Virus record (IMG/VR): IMGVR_UViG_3300029319_000008
From: an uncultured virus (IMG/VR IMGVR_UViG_3300029319_000008)
Taxonomy: Duplodnaviria > Heunggongvirae > Uroviricota > Caudoviricetes
Strand: one strand, 5' to 3'
Length of the DNA stretch: 64,000 bases
A model generated the notes under the pieces. The model was given only the letters and a program-made list of their open reading frames with translations. It searched no databases and was not told the origin of the DNA. The translations under genes were made by a program, and so were the position numbers. Numbering within the stretch: the first letter of the stretch is position 1; every line of letters starts with the position of its first letter. Shown here one piece after another: positions 53,301 to 60,053 of the stretch.

Positions 53301-55035
53301 CTGTAGTTGAAGAAATAAGATTTATCTCACCAATTGCTCCATTAAAAGGACTGTCAATTTTTAATGTTGGTGGATTATTAATTGCAAAATTATCTCCATT
53401 ATTAATGATATCAATAGTTGTTATACCACCGTTAATAATACGCTCTTCACTTTTCCAATTATGAATAAAAGTTCCATCTCTAAGAATACCTACAACACTA
53501 TTTGCTGGTGTTGATTCTTGTAAAGTATCTACTGCCTTTTCAAATACTTTAGGAATCTTTTTAAATAATTTAGCATCTCTAATTTCAATATTATTATCTT
53601 CTAAAAAAGTATCGTTAGGATTAATTTTATAATAAGGAATACTAGATGTATAAACATAAACTGAATCAATATCAGTGTATACCTGTGTAACACCTGAAAT
53701 TATATCTTCATTCAATACAAGTGGGGTTTGATCGTTAAATGTCCAAGAAGTAACTACTAAATTGTTTTCATCAATTAAATTAGTAACAAATCCTAAATCA
53801 CCTTCTTGATAATATGTGGTATTTTTTATAATTTCAAAATCACTAACACCAGCATAAATGATAAAATATGATCCTTCAATAATAGAACCACCTCTTTCTT
53901 TAATCCTTGATAAAGTTGCAACATCATAAACATAATCATCTGTTTTAACTTCAAAGGAAGGATTATCAGAAACCCTCAACATAAAATAATTAAATTGTTT
54001 ATCATAATAAGTATAAATTTTTTCTCCAATCCTTATAGACCCTTCATCAGTAAAATTATAAGTTGAATCTACGTAAATATATGCAATATCACCAACTACA
54101 CGAAATTGAGTAGTTACTTTTGTAAAATTAGTTGGAACTATGTTTCTACCATTAGCAATTTCAATCTCAAAAACTTGACTAGCAAATGAAAATACATTTT
54201 CAACAGTTTGTACTGGAAATTCATTTGTACCTTGTACTAAAATAGCACCTCTGTCTGCTAATGCCCCTAATGGATAATTATCTAATGTTTCAATTCTTAC
54301 AATTTCTTTACTTTGATAAGTAGCATCTGATGATCCCATTAAGAGATCTTTATAGTTTGTAATATCAGCACTTTCTTGATATAAGAATTGAAAGTAAAAA
54401 GAAATTGCTTTTGGTGTACCTTTAGAAATGTAAAAATCTCTAATTCTTTTAATTACTGTATCTACATTAACAGTGTCAAGATTATCTTCAAGAACTTGTT
54501 TAGGAAAATCAATAAGATACTGTTCTCTGATCTTTTCTAAGAGATAAAGAATGTATGTAAATGATTGATTGTATACTTTTACGTTTGGACTGTGACTAGA
54601 TGCTACTGTAGGAACATTTGGAGATAATTCACCCTCTACACTAAGATCATTGTAAGAATGTCCTCTAGTAAGTTTACTAAAAACTGTAAATTTTAATCCT
54701 AAGTTTTCTGTTACCTTTTTGCTTTTATATAAAATAACTTCGTCATCAATTTTAAGTAATCCATCAGTTGGAGGAAAATTTACATCTCCATTAACAGTAA
54801 TTTCGTCAGCATCTTCTGTTAATGGTCCTACTAACGTTGAAAAAGCATCTACTTCTGTAAAAGTATCAATATTAATTAAATCACTGATATTTCCTAGAAT
54901 ATCCAAAGGATTACTATTCGTTTCTAAGAACGCATAGTAATCTTTAAGAAAAGATACAAATGTTGGATATTCCTGAGCAAAGTAATTTGATACTTGACCT
55001 TGAATGGAACTCGATACTTTTTGGTCGTTAAACAT
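44371..55035 (-). CDS. gp7: Baseplate wedge initiator, greatly expanded, 3554 aa
   Basis: Lies between gp6 and gp8; YPTFVSFLKDYY...DFYISKGT, IQDS..YQKFAY...LHPAGYK motifs; also a YHYH-family-like segment and many VDG..Q modules. Confidence 0.85.
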   Translation of the reverse strand: MFNDQKVSSSIQGQVSNYFAQEYPTFVSFLKDYYAFLETNSNPLDILGNISDLINIDTFTEVDAFSTLVGPLTEDADEITVNGDVNFPPTDGLLKIDDEVILYKSKKVTENLGLKFTVFSKLTRGHSYNDLSVEGELSPNVPTVASSHSPNVKVYNQSFTYILYLLEKIREQYLIDFPKQVLEDNLDTVNVDTVIKRIRDFYISKGTPKAISFYFQFLYQESADITNYKDLLMGSSDATYQSKEIVRIETLDNYPLGALADRGAILVQGTNEFPVQTVENVFSFASQVFEIEIANGRNIVPTNFTKVTTQFRVVGDIAYIYVDSTYNFTDEGSIRIGEKIYTYYDKQFNYFMLRVSDNPSFEVKTDDYVYDVATLSRIKERGGSIIEGSYFIIYAGVSDFEIIKNTTYYQEGDLGFVTNLIDENNLVVTSWTFNDQTPLVLNEDIISGVTQVYTDIDSVYVYTSSIPYYKINPNDTFLEDNNIEIRDAKLFKKIPKVFEKAVDTLQESTPANSVVGILRDGTFIHNWKSEERIINGGITTIDIINNGDNFAINNPPTLKIDSPFNGAIGEINLISSTTVSSGADTTYTVNGFSQSGFGARFVVTRNSSGSINQNSIKIDENLPGNSYAVGVTITIDGADVGGVSEDDDITLEVTAVWSGTQAEAEMVVDGKVKEVYIKDSGTGYPSKATAISVEKDPSDTVFTGDNFRDAILRPVVVDGKITKVRIIDEGTGYTKPPIVRITPLLGGNDAANIELQVGGPVTNINITNNGNLYRSNPSIEIIKGSGASGILTIDQGTITTASIITGGSEYNSRPIVRAVDSADTPGFGAVLLADWNPSSKQVEGINILNGGLGYNETTTVLEIFEPGEDLIINANAKFYTKVNNTNPNLFSLIRLDTGAFYTDSGGILTDEQGNEIFLREYSILGAPLKLDIRNPISKERETVNLTNNTVHSPLIGWALDGAPIYGPYGFSNPSDSESVIQKMRSGYKKLSWANLDTGRNLTRSNGGLRTDYNRGEFEQDYKWSSLNADLDENNGRFTVTPEFPQGVYAYFLTADTSDYKLGFPYFIGTKFAGKTFEDFNNRQFVNIESIPNLRRYLDFDATIAPKPIDTGFFQVQSIPKSTDASLDFIDVVTPGSGYKFGDVIVFDNEGTGGTDAAGFVSVLKGQPVTSVSKTTFDYLEYTNDFGSFSAGDNIATSEGFLAKIHSIDTIHERMYLTNADTETEIIGDNPDPNSRDIVYNTELTLDTQSVSELVGANISTNAITSSESFAQLNAPNGISTVTTTFLIDGFTNSTIATFTPSSGNPVYIKIESEIMRVVSTQGNNRLIVSRGVNTVARPHVDNVQVTILTSVPVFDSSKYSIGDYISIGTEKMKIVDVLIEKNASNEVVAVRIDDSTGTTGGTQYYLYFDGEIQSNTNTADVVTLDVNGKITDIEFTPTGTEYIANPTVYLSTSSSAPAGADFPPNIVDNVTLTATTYNHTLIVERAVLGTTLENNVSRTDVQRLFFSTAEVTKYEEDRIVSNLSASNNGLVIGDSVSISASTGQLETFEVYQPTNSAFSLIDNTLFNSLYPNGLTLYEGSIYEFDVSYTFANSQNIEVKFFTPGTVSGKEYFDINIEKSFANTGELVKFTLKPDDSDLTKLNMQIRNISNDAVTIIPLTIIAEPINGTYDVINSLSGSFEIYNENDPDPDGDLFTQYNQNKISYTTTSKSADGPISRVTLTNNGVNYQQVPEISSIITTGGEGAILEAVSTKVGTISSVKAINSGYGYSPDPTQKPTLIFPVIAKLKNNFTVQSVNVNDTGEGYLFQPRINVTGGGLTDGSLNHAQFNAIVNSRIITDVEVISPGSKYSSAPTITAEKYYYISFISGTDINFNINFKQYFQQGDPFKIRAYYFANATDEVNNVYSYIESATVYAYLGNVSLKARATASSNVNLEPLDQSNWSDDITNIITNAASGLYYEAINFARNAQFTAIIQKSPFSGGEKVNISRVSGGNLVTVGTGQISNINGWQENNSILRINNITTKLQVNDEIIGLNTLALGIVDQIFSVETSAELDALVQTPEQFLDDGSFIGSNALKIQDSNRYQKFAYQIGVQTPFVNWKENYENALHPAGYKVFSKTDIISSPENSILHENFRPFDDPNTNYDETDLIKEGNSVANIGTTSAELAQLRRKYNFLVAKNQPGTFDQVIIENKLLTDVLNIKTSIVGVFEDISDQFDGVQTLFELKVIDPITPTLNGAPNYITEYEVDQMVVLLDNIIQTYGTSWEVIDADKVIAFTPQRNSGDPMPDGETLSYRQFNEANGILTMNQTAVAATSTFDLNQTDGTPWPANTFTSIDKDEYFVVVDGVIQRNDNFAISAGGGSPTITFTDDDVSNTPVNLPVGTQISVRRCDAFLKNELYTGSGGSFTPGSVTAGSAVVLSNKPTTPASKHDYFVFVDGILISPEDYELDGSKDLVFDYSFNYDTLIVLIDSNGVSLNESTHGISATNYVYKIEDGQLEIPTGFVILPEQYVVDIAGIVQTPHVVYDTRSSGIRKIRFFEPPSRFIIPNAASDRSEIGRQFIGLLYTREDPQGNATTPNYQFDDVSTSRIHVKEGFDNFITGDYINTSTSAAVIKNKTEKTTIKSVSTGLSPNTSVAAGGTVDITLSSSLRIFVGDRVLFNAALGLTSTDNDELEISAIDTATNVVTLTNISSSTLTLNIASAGTIRFLHREFIVIDIDTPPSPFNRDNAFVTGDTLQSGIVSSLRTGVSTLTNEPFGALITDTEITVDDASNFSQNDYLVINEVEIVKITNISTNTLTVDRAELSTDAVLHGDGVIVEKITPYTITVGSFVRGFDGDKRVFPLQENGVNIDIGTDKDIFVVVNGILQQKGTNDSYVINSIGSPQYSVLEFTEAPPEGAPFNVFYLGEVKKIKDISPLFNASDRAFNLVDPTNDEIFSLIAKSRPEANISANLILFVDGSLQIPSTEEAGREAAYPSSLVSYKLFGSVVEFTSPPKNGATFEGYIYTGSNDDFDLIDVDPPVEREDIIVQSNERRPREVNLVVSANKLSVGSSFGQLNNIPDASQPLLIDGEQGYWFTDLLQSADVRETLRARRTIKAQIKRFVTSPYPITQSTLLTSPITELNISNISSDLPTTTDINAFLSVTLAENSKFPIRKLNCVYSDFGPRSENSSTNYEFVAADVNTSSNEIQLTATTGVYDTHPLTQGATVQYSNQTNTDMPGLTNGTTYYVHVVDRHKIKLATTKYNLAESNFVDITGTTSGTHLFTGKDLDTITNLTVGFDLKFDQIVRLASTASSETFSTLTTSNTGEIGSLTIFDQGSGFPNGTTSGVDIISIQNLRSGVVIEGGNNYDNGVYTNVQLTGGSGNGAKADITVTDNSVTDVNIISTGSNNYTNGDVLTASIPNGNGFTYTLGTNVDGIGENATANITVSAGVVTSVEIANRGSNYLDGQIVLVDGFVGVQLKISSIDSTIYYDGGTKKATIIGYTPGETVDGSSSTSRYLYVKLDDPSNPITTYAANNATGAITNVKSITHQVEDDDLMIDYQSLSYNDDFIYDF

Positions 55036-55037
55036 AG

Positions 55038-56882
55038 TTAACTAGATACTGGAATTTGTCCTACGCCTGATGTTCTGTTAGCAGATGCAATCGTATCAAG
55101 GATTGTATTTACTTGCACATCCTCTGGTTTAATAGAAATGTATAAATCACGTAATGCTACGATGTCATTTGATTTTGGTATAACTGAAAAAGAAATGGAA
55201 TCAAGATTACCTACAATAGAATTAATATTAATAGCATTAATATTTATTTCACCCTTTTCATAGTCAATTGTACCTGCATCTTTAGACCAATAGATTTTTT
55301 TACCACCACTAATTCTATAAATTGCTAATTTATTAGTTCCATACTTTTCAAAGTAGTAAATAAAGGTTGAATCTTCTCCTGTAATCTTAAATCCATCAGA
55401 TACTAGATCTGTTTCATCAGAAATTCGGTTTCCGTAGCAAATTTCATAAGAAGCAAACACATTTGCTAGAACTGGCATACTTTTCTTAATTCTAATTCTA
55501 GTAATGTTTGATGTAATGCCAGGATCAGTGTCATCAATCTCTGCTACAAGTTTACTGTACTTAAATTTACCATTAAAACGATCTAAATCATTATTTTCAC
55601 CAAAATTTTGAATTACTGCTCTAGTAACCTCTGCAATTTGTTGTGAAGTTCTTCTTGATGTATTATTATTGTAATATACGTAAGAATCAACTTCTAAAAA
55701 GATATATGAAGGATCAATAACTTCAGGAATTACTGAAAGTATGGTATACTCTCTAATTGCTTTATTTAAACTTAATTTTGCTGTTGTAGTTAACTTATCA
55801 GCACCATATGGTTTTGCTGCAATGAATACTTTTCCAAATTGAGGAGGACTTGCATCTTCTCCTCCATAAACTGATAATGCTTCTAGGTTAGGATACAGTT
55901 GAGTAACAAGTGTCTCATAATCTCTAACGGTAACTGCTCTCTGTTGTGCAGAATATGATCTAGGAGCAAGATATTTGATAGAAGTGATACTTTGTGGTAA
56001 AGAACCTCCTGAAGAAGGACTATTTACCGTAATTGTCGGTGTTACATTCTCAAAAGTATTACCACCAAACGTAAATACCCCTGTAAATTCAAAAGCAGAG
56101 CATTTATTTGCTTCATCTTGGTTATTTACGATATATTCAATGTCAACTTCGTCATTATTCTTTAATTTACGTCCAAATGTGTCATCACCAAACAAAAGTT
56201 CAAATTGTTCGTTCTTATTTTCTTGAATCCAGTAAATTTTGTCAGTAGGAGTTAGTCCTGTGATACTTTCTGCCTTTTTATATGTTAATGGAGCATTAAA
56301 ATTATCTTCGTTGACAATAACACGAAGTAAATCAACATCAGCATTAGCACTAGGGATAATAAAGTGCTGTTTTGTTGATGTATCAACGGGATAAATTACC
56401 CTAAGTAAATTTCCTTGGTAAATATCGATATCTGAGAAACGTACTTTTCTAATTCCGTCAGTATCAACAAATGCTTCTCTAGTAATATCATCTAGAGTAG
56501 AAAATACGTAAGATCCATTTTCATTAGAACCAACAAAGGACTCACCCTTCTTTAGAGTGAAAGATCCAATCTGTGGATTTACTGGTACATCCATAGAGAT
56601 CGTTGCCTTTGCAGATTTTGACGATCTTGGTGTATACCCAATTAAATTTGCAAGAGAAACTACATTTTCTCTAATAGAAGCACTATCAAAGAATACTTCA
56701 TTAGCAATCAGGTTAGCATTTAACGCTGAATAGTAAGTATTGTATGATAGTACATCAAGTAACTGTGAAATGACAGATCCTTCAAAGTTATAATCACTAA
56801 ATGTCTCGGAGGCACGTAAATACTCCTTCAAACTCTGTTTGATGTCCTCAAAATCTAAATTAGTGACTGTGTTAAACGCCAT
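55038..56882 (-). CDS. gp6: Baseplate wedge subunit
   Basis: LDFEDIK..L..YL...FSDYNFEGS...LLDVLSYNTYY, QQRAVT..DYE, GGED..PPQFGKVFI. Confidence 0.95.
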   Translation of the reverse strand: MAFNTVTNLDFEDIKQSLKEYLRASETFSDYNFEGSVISQLLDVLSYNTYYSALNANLIANEVFFDSASIRENVVSLANLIGYTPRSSKSAKATISMDVPVNPQIGSFTLKKGESFVGSNENGSYVFSTLDDITREAFVDTDGIRKVRFSDIDIYQGNLLRVIYPVDTSTKQHFIIPSANADVDLLRVIVNEDNFNAPLTYKKAESITGLTPTDKIYWIQENKNEQFELLFGDDTFGRKLKNNDEVDIEYIVNNQDEANKCSAFEFTGVFTFGGNTFENVTPTITVNSPSSGGSLPQSITSIKYLAPRSYSAQQRAVTVRDYETLVTQLYPNLEALSVYGGEDASPPQFGKVFIAAKPYGADKLTTTAKLSLNKAIREYTILSVIPEVIDPSYIFLEVDSYVYYNNNTSRRTSQQIAEVTRAVIQNFGENNDLDRFNGKFKYSKLVAEIDDTDPGITSNITRIRIKKSMPVLANVFASYEICYGNRISDETDLVSDGFKITGEDSTFIYYFEKYGTNKLAIYRISGGKKIYWSKDAGTIDYEKGEININAININSIVGNLDSISFSVIPKSNDIVALRDLYISIKPEDVQVNTILDTIASANRTSGVGQIPVSS

Positions 56883-57274
56883 TATACTCGTTCTAAGATA
56901 AGGTTAAGCGACTGTTGATTTAATGGTAATCCAACAATTCTATAATTAATAGTAACTTCTAAAGAATTATCATCAATATTGTCAATATAATCTACATTAA
57001 CAACTTTTACACGAGGTTCATACACTTTTAAGACATCTTCAATAGAAACTGTGATGTCATCTGCTAAAATAGGGTTAAAATTTTCAAAAATAGCACTTTG
57101 TACCTCTGTTCCAAAGAAAGGACGAAAGATTTTTTCACCTCTCATGGTCATTACAATGTTTTTTACAGATTGCTTAATCGCATCTTCATTTTTTAACAGC
57201 GTAATATCCCCAGTAATCGGATGTTTTTGAAAACTAGGGTTAATATCGACAAATTTTTTGGAAATATTTGCCAT
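56882..57274 (-). CDS. gp25: Baseplate wedge subunit / sheath initiator
   Basis: HP.TGD...KNEDAIKQSVKNIV.T..GE..F.P.FG...YEPRV motifs. Confidence 0.93.
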   Translation of the reverse strand: MANISKKFVDINPSFQKHPITGDITLLKNEDAIKQSVKNIVMTMRGEKIFRPFFGTEVQSAIFENFNPILADDITVSIEDVLKVYEPRVKVVNVDYIDNIDDNSLEVTINYRIVGLPLNQQSLNLILERV

Positions 57275-57318
57275 AAAGGACAAAAGATTTTTTTTAGCGT
57301 TCTACTATACTTTATATA

Positions 57319-57468
57319 TCAATGAAATTGAAACATTTCTAAATGATTGACCTGTTTTTCTTCTTTTTTCGTATTATTACGGTTGTTTAAGTAATAATCT
57401 GCTCTTGGATCTGTAATTAGAACCATTCCTGATCTACGAAATTCTTCACTTTGGTCTACTTTGATCAT
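57319..57468 (-). CDS. 49-aa hypothetical protein, not in the ORF track (MIKVDQSEEFRRSGMVLITDPRADYYL...)
   Basis: Translated by hand; AGGA Shine-Dalgarno; fills the gap upstream of gp25. Confidence 0.65.
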   Translation of the reverse strand: MIKVDQSEEFRRSGMVLITDPRADYYLNNRNNTKKEEKQVNHLEMFQFH

Positions 57469-57528
57469 TTTTATTCCTAATTTGGACATGGTAGAACTTT
57501 TTGGGAGGTTACCATCTCCAAATTATAT

Positions 57529-58182
57529 TTATTCACCTTTTTCTTCAGGTGTTTTCCAAAAATAATCATCAGTATCGCCCAATCTACCCCATCTAACTCC
57601 ATTCTCAACTTGATAATACTTAGTAGATACCTTAAAATCAGGTATTTTTGGTTCTTGAGGGGTAATTGACAGGTCAAATATCCTAATTCTGTTGTTTGGA
57701 TACAGTGCAAACTGCCCATTTTCCAATTCAATGCAGTTATGTGACTTATGTTCCTCTGGTGTTTCACTTACATTGGTGTTTGTGATGTCAACATCAGGGT
57801 GAAAATTGTCTAAAGTGAACAAATACTCACCACTGATTGCCCCATAGTTACGTGTTTGGCATACAAAGTCCATAGAACCTATGAATTGCTTCTCAATACA
57901 ACGAACTCCATAGTCCATACAATTCCAAAATTGAAGGTTAGGTAGGTCTAGATCTTCTTTGGGCAGTTCAGGGCGACTCAGAAAGGCACTGATGGGAAGT
58001 TTATCGAACATGGCAGCATACTCTGGAAGGTATGTCTCAAAATAAAAAGCACGTCCAGGTATCGATTTTGCCGATACCCAAACGCCCTCTACAAATTCAC
58101 CATGTCCGTCAACATGATCCCTAAGATATTCCTTACGGACCCACACTTTCTGTGATGGTAAGTTAACGACTAATTGACTCAT
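57529..58182 (-). CDS. Conserved hypothetical phage protein, ~217 aa
   Basis: Start MSQLVVNLP..KVWVRKEYL at 58182; KSIPGRAFYFE...KLPISAF...LQFWNC...HKSHN...YPNNR. The upstream extension in the ORF track overlaps another gene. Confidence 0.85.
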   Translation of the reverse strand: MSQLVVNLPSQKVWVRKEYLRDHVDGHGEFVEGVWVSAKSIPGRAFYFETYLPEYAAMFDKLPISAFLSRPELPKEDLDLPNLQFWNCMDYGVRCIEKQFIGSMDFVCQTRNYGAISGEYLFTLDNFHPDVDITNTNVSETPEEHKSHNCIELENGQFALYPNNRIRIFDLSITPQEPKIPDFKVSTKYYQVENGVRWGRLGDTDDYFWKTPEEKGE

Positions 58183-58183
58183 A

Positions 58184-58324
58184 TTACCGTCCTTGACCTC
58201 TGTAACGTTTTTTCTTACTATTACGTGCCGTTGCAGAGTATTTTGTATGTTTAGAACTTCCTTGACGGGTTTTCTTAGGTAATGGAGGTGCGATTTGTGC
58301 ACCTGAGAGGAACCTCATTGCCAT
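58184..58324 (-). CDS. 46-aa highly basic peptide, not in the ORF track (...KKTRQGSSKHTKYSATARNSKKKRYRGQGR)
   Basis: Translated by hand; lies directly behind a consensus sigma70 promoter; its stop is adjacent to the next ATG. Confidence 0.8.
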   Translation of the reverse strand: MAMRFLSGAQIAPPLPKKTRQGSSKHTKYSATARNSKKKRYRGQGR

Positions 58325-58351
58325 AATTTACGTTTCTGTGTTAATAATGCT

Positions 58352-58380
58352 ATTATAGGTGATTCTTTCTGCTTTGTCAA
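58352..58380 (-). promoter_or_regulatory. Consensus sigma70-type promoter TTGACA-N17-TATAAT
   Basis: -35 at 58375-58380, -10 at 58352-58357, 17-nt spacer. Confidence 0.9.
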
Positions 58381-58634
58381 GCATCTAGATTAATATCTTC
58401 CTTGAAGTTCAATGACCAGAAATCTTCGGCACCTTCGTAATCTCTGAAATAATATTTCACACCTTCGGGGGCATCTAAGATAAACTTGTCAATCTTAGGT
58501 TCATATTCAATTAGTGGTTTGTCTAAGTCGATGTCCTTATCCTTCTCTATGTTAGAAACATACTTTAGATAATCTTCGTAGTCAAGATCAGCACCATACT
58601 CTGATGCTTCAGAAAAATTATACTCGGTACTCAT
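58377..58634 (-). CDS. Acidic hypothetical protein, 85 aa
   Basis: ATG at 58634 (MSTEYNF...); the longer track ORF runs back through a terminator and non-coding DNA. Confidence 0.7.
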   Translation of the reverse strand: MSTEYNFSEASEYGADLDYEDYLKYVSNIEKDKDIDLDKPLIEYEPKIDKFILDAPEGVKYYFRDYEGAEDFWSLNFKEDINLDA

Positions 58635-58781
58635 TGTTTTATAATAACCTATTTTATATATCAACCCCTGGGGGAATTTTTTTCTGAGAAAATTTTTGTA
58701 TATACGAAATTGCGAGGTCGCTAGGATACTTTTGTAGGTTAGATGGTACCTTTGCATTTTAAACGCCACAACGCCCGCATT

Positions 58782-58803
58782 AAAAAAGGGGCAGAATCGC
58801 CCC
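58782..58803 (-). terminator. Intrinsic terminator closing the early region
   Basis: GGGGC-GATTCT-GCCCC followed by TTTTTT. Confidence 0.8.
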
Positions 58804-58953
58804 GTAGTGCTTTTTAGTGTGTATCGGTAGGGTGGGTATCCCTCAGCGTTTGGTAATGTGAGCAACCCTACCGAAAAATGTGTGGTCTTACGTGCATCGG
58901 AATGTGGAACAAAGTGAACTCAGGTATGCCGATGACCGCCACAGGCGGAGCAG
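58804..58953 (-). ncRNA. Candidate structured RNA (3' UTR or sRNA)
   Basis: Perfect 10-bp stem TCGGTAGGGT/ACCCTACCGA plus a bulged hairpin that recurs at 59408-59451; no credible ORF. Confidence 0.45.
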
Positions 58954-59133
58954 TTAGATACTGCTCTTGCCGTGACACCAGAAGGCGAGACGCATGGTGC
59001 TTGCCTTGTCTACCGCTTCAGCGGTTCTACCCATTGCTAATGCACCTTTCTTAAGGTCTCTGCGTGTGAAGTCACCGCGTCTTGTACCTGAGATGATGTT
59101 GCGAGCAGTTTGGAAAGATTCCTGTTTAGTCAT
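58954..59133 (-). CDS. 59-aa basic hypothetical protein, not in the ORF track (MTKQESFQTARNIISG...)
   Basis: Translated by hand; directly downstream of early promoter element 1. Confidence 0.7.
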   Translation of the reverse strand: MTKQESFQTARNIISGTRRGDFTRRDLKKGALAMGRTAEAVDKASTMRLAFWCHGKSSI

Positions 59134-59160
59134 GATGTAGTAGTTGTGTGAACTGATTTA

Positions 59161-59219
59161 ATTATAATGCACATGTGTAGGGAATGGGGGAAGCATGTGC
59201 CACTTCCCCAACTGTCTAC
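59161..59219 (-). promoter_or_regulatory. Early promoter element 1 (palindrome + TATAAT)
   Basis: TGTGCCACTT-N4-AACTGTC from 59196; -10 at 59161-59166; 29-nt spacing. Confidence 0.75.
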
Positions 59220-59383
59220 CAGTCGTAGTCCTCTGTATCCTCTGGACCATATACACACTCTAGAGAGTATGCTTCGAGTTCTTGGTCATCGTCTCCGAAG
59301 TACTCTTCGAGATCTTCGTCGATGTTGTTCTCCTCTATGAGGTTCTCTATCTGGAGTTGAGTGTAGTTTGAATCGTCGGGCAT
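59216..59383 (-). CDS. Very acidic hypothetical protein, 55 aa
   Basis: ATG at 59383; D/E-rich sequence. Confidence 0.65.
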   Translation of the reverse strand: MPDDSNYTQLQIENLIEENNIDEDLEEYFGDDDQELEAYSLECVYGPEDTEDYDW

Positions 59384-59458
59384 GATGATTAATGAATGAA
59401 TGTTTGAGTGTGGACTTACATCAATTGGCAATACGCGAGATGAACGCCACGAGAGAGA

Positions 59459-59617
59459 TCAGATTAACTGATCTTCAAATCTCTCTTTGGCAATGTATTC
59501 GCAATGCTCTTGTAATGCTTCGGGGGTTAATAGGTCTGCCATGCCTGAATTTTGCATTGCTTCCATCTCTTCTTCAAAGAGTGTTTCGAGGATTGATTCG
59601 TGATGTAGAACTGACAT
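59459..59617 (-). CDS. 52-aa hypothetical protein, not in the ORF track (MSVLHHESILETLFEE...KERFEDQLI)
   Basis: Translated by hand; downstream of element 2. Confidence 0.75.
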   Translation of the reverse strand: MSVLHHESILETLFEEEMEAMQNSGMADLLTPEALQEHCEYIAKERFEDQLI

Positions 59618-59639
59618 TTGCTTTGTTGTGTATGTACTT

Positions 59640-59699
59640 ATTATAGCAGTACCCTATGCACCCTGATAGGCAGATTGTGCCACTTCGTCATCTGTCACA
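59640..59699 (-). promoter_or_regulatory. Early promoter element 2
   Basis: TGTGCCACTT-N4-ATCTGTCACA at 59676-59699; TATAAT at 59640-59645; 30-nt spacing. Confidence 0.75.
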
Positions 59700-59887
59700 C
59701 GTACCCATTTGATTGGTTTGCCTGATGTCATTCTCCAAATCATTTGGTCTCCCTCTCTTGCTTTCTGATCTCTTGCCACTCTATATGCTGTATGAATGTC
59801 TAAACAATAGACCGCCCCGTCTGGATCAAAGTTGAACCATGCTGCTGGTTGTACTGCCCAGTTGATTTGATTCTTGTCGTTTGTCAT
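59654..59887 (-). CDS. Hypothetical protein, 77 aa
   Basis: ATG at 59887 (MTNDKNQINWAVQPAAW) behind element 3. Confidence 0.75.
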   Translation of the reverse strand: MTNDKNQINWAVQPAAWFNFDPDGAVYCLDIHTAYRVARDQKAREGDQMIWRMTSGKPIKWVRVTDDEVAQSAYQGA

Positions 59888-59909
59888 TTGTTTTTTTGTT
59901 GTTAATAAT

Positions 59910-59969
59910 ATACTAAGGCAATATAGGGAACATTGCTGCTCCCTATGTGACACTTATCTGACTGTCACA
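59910..59969 (-). promoter_or_regulatory. Early promoter element 3
   Basis: TGTGACACTT-N4-GACTGTCACA at 59946-59969; TAGTAT at 59910-59915; 30-nt spacing. Confidence 0.7.
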
Positions 59970-60053
59970 CAACTCAAAAGTGGTTGTCATGTTTTCATAG
60001 TCAATGGTAACTTTATAGTCACCATCTTCTATAATTTCAATGTTATCTTCCAT
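59943..60053 (-). CDS. 36-aa acidic peptide, not in the ORF track (MEDNIEIIEDGDYKVTIDYE...)
   Basis: TAATG coupling to the upstream gene; fills the gap. Confidence 0.5.
   Translation of the reverse strand: MEDNIEIIEDGDYKVTIDYENMTTTFELCDSQISVT

Noticed and set aside
58183..58302. N-terminal extension of the 57529-58302 track ORF
   Set aside because: It overlaps the 46-aa basic ORF in another frame; the conserved-looking sequence starts at 58182.
58635..58865. N-terminal extension of the 58377-58865 track ORF
   Set aside because: It runs through hairpins, a terminator and homopolymer tracts; the ATG at 58634 is more plausible.
59408..59451. glnA/downstream-peptide glutamine riboswitch (CGUUCA...GUAAG resemblance)
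   Set aside because: The closing GAACG strand needed to pair with CGUUC is absent. The element is reported instead as an unassigned motif.
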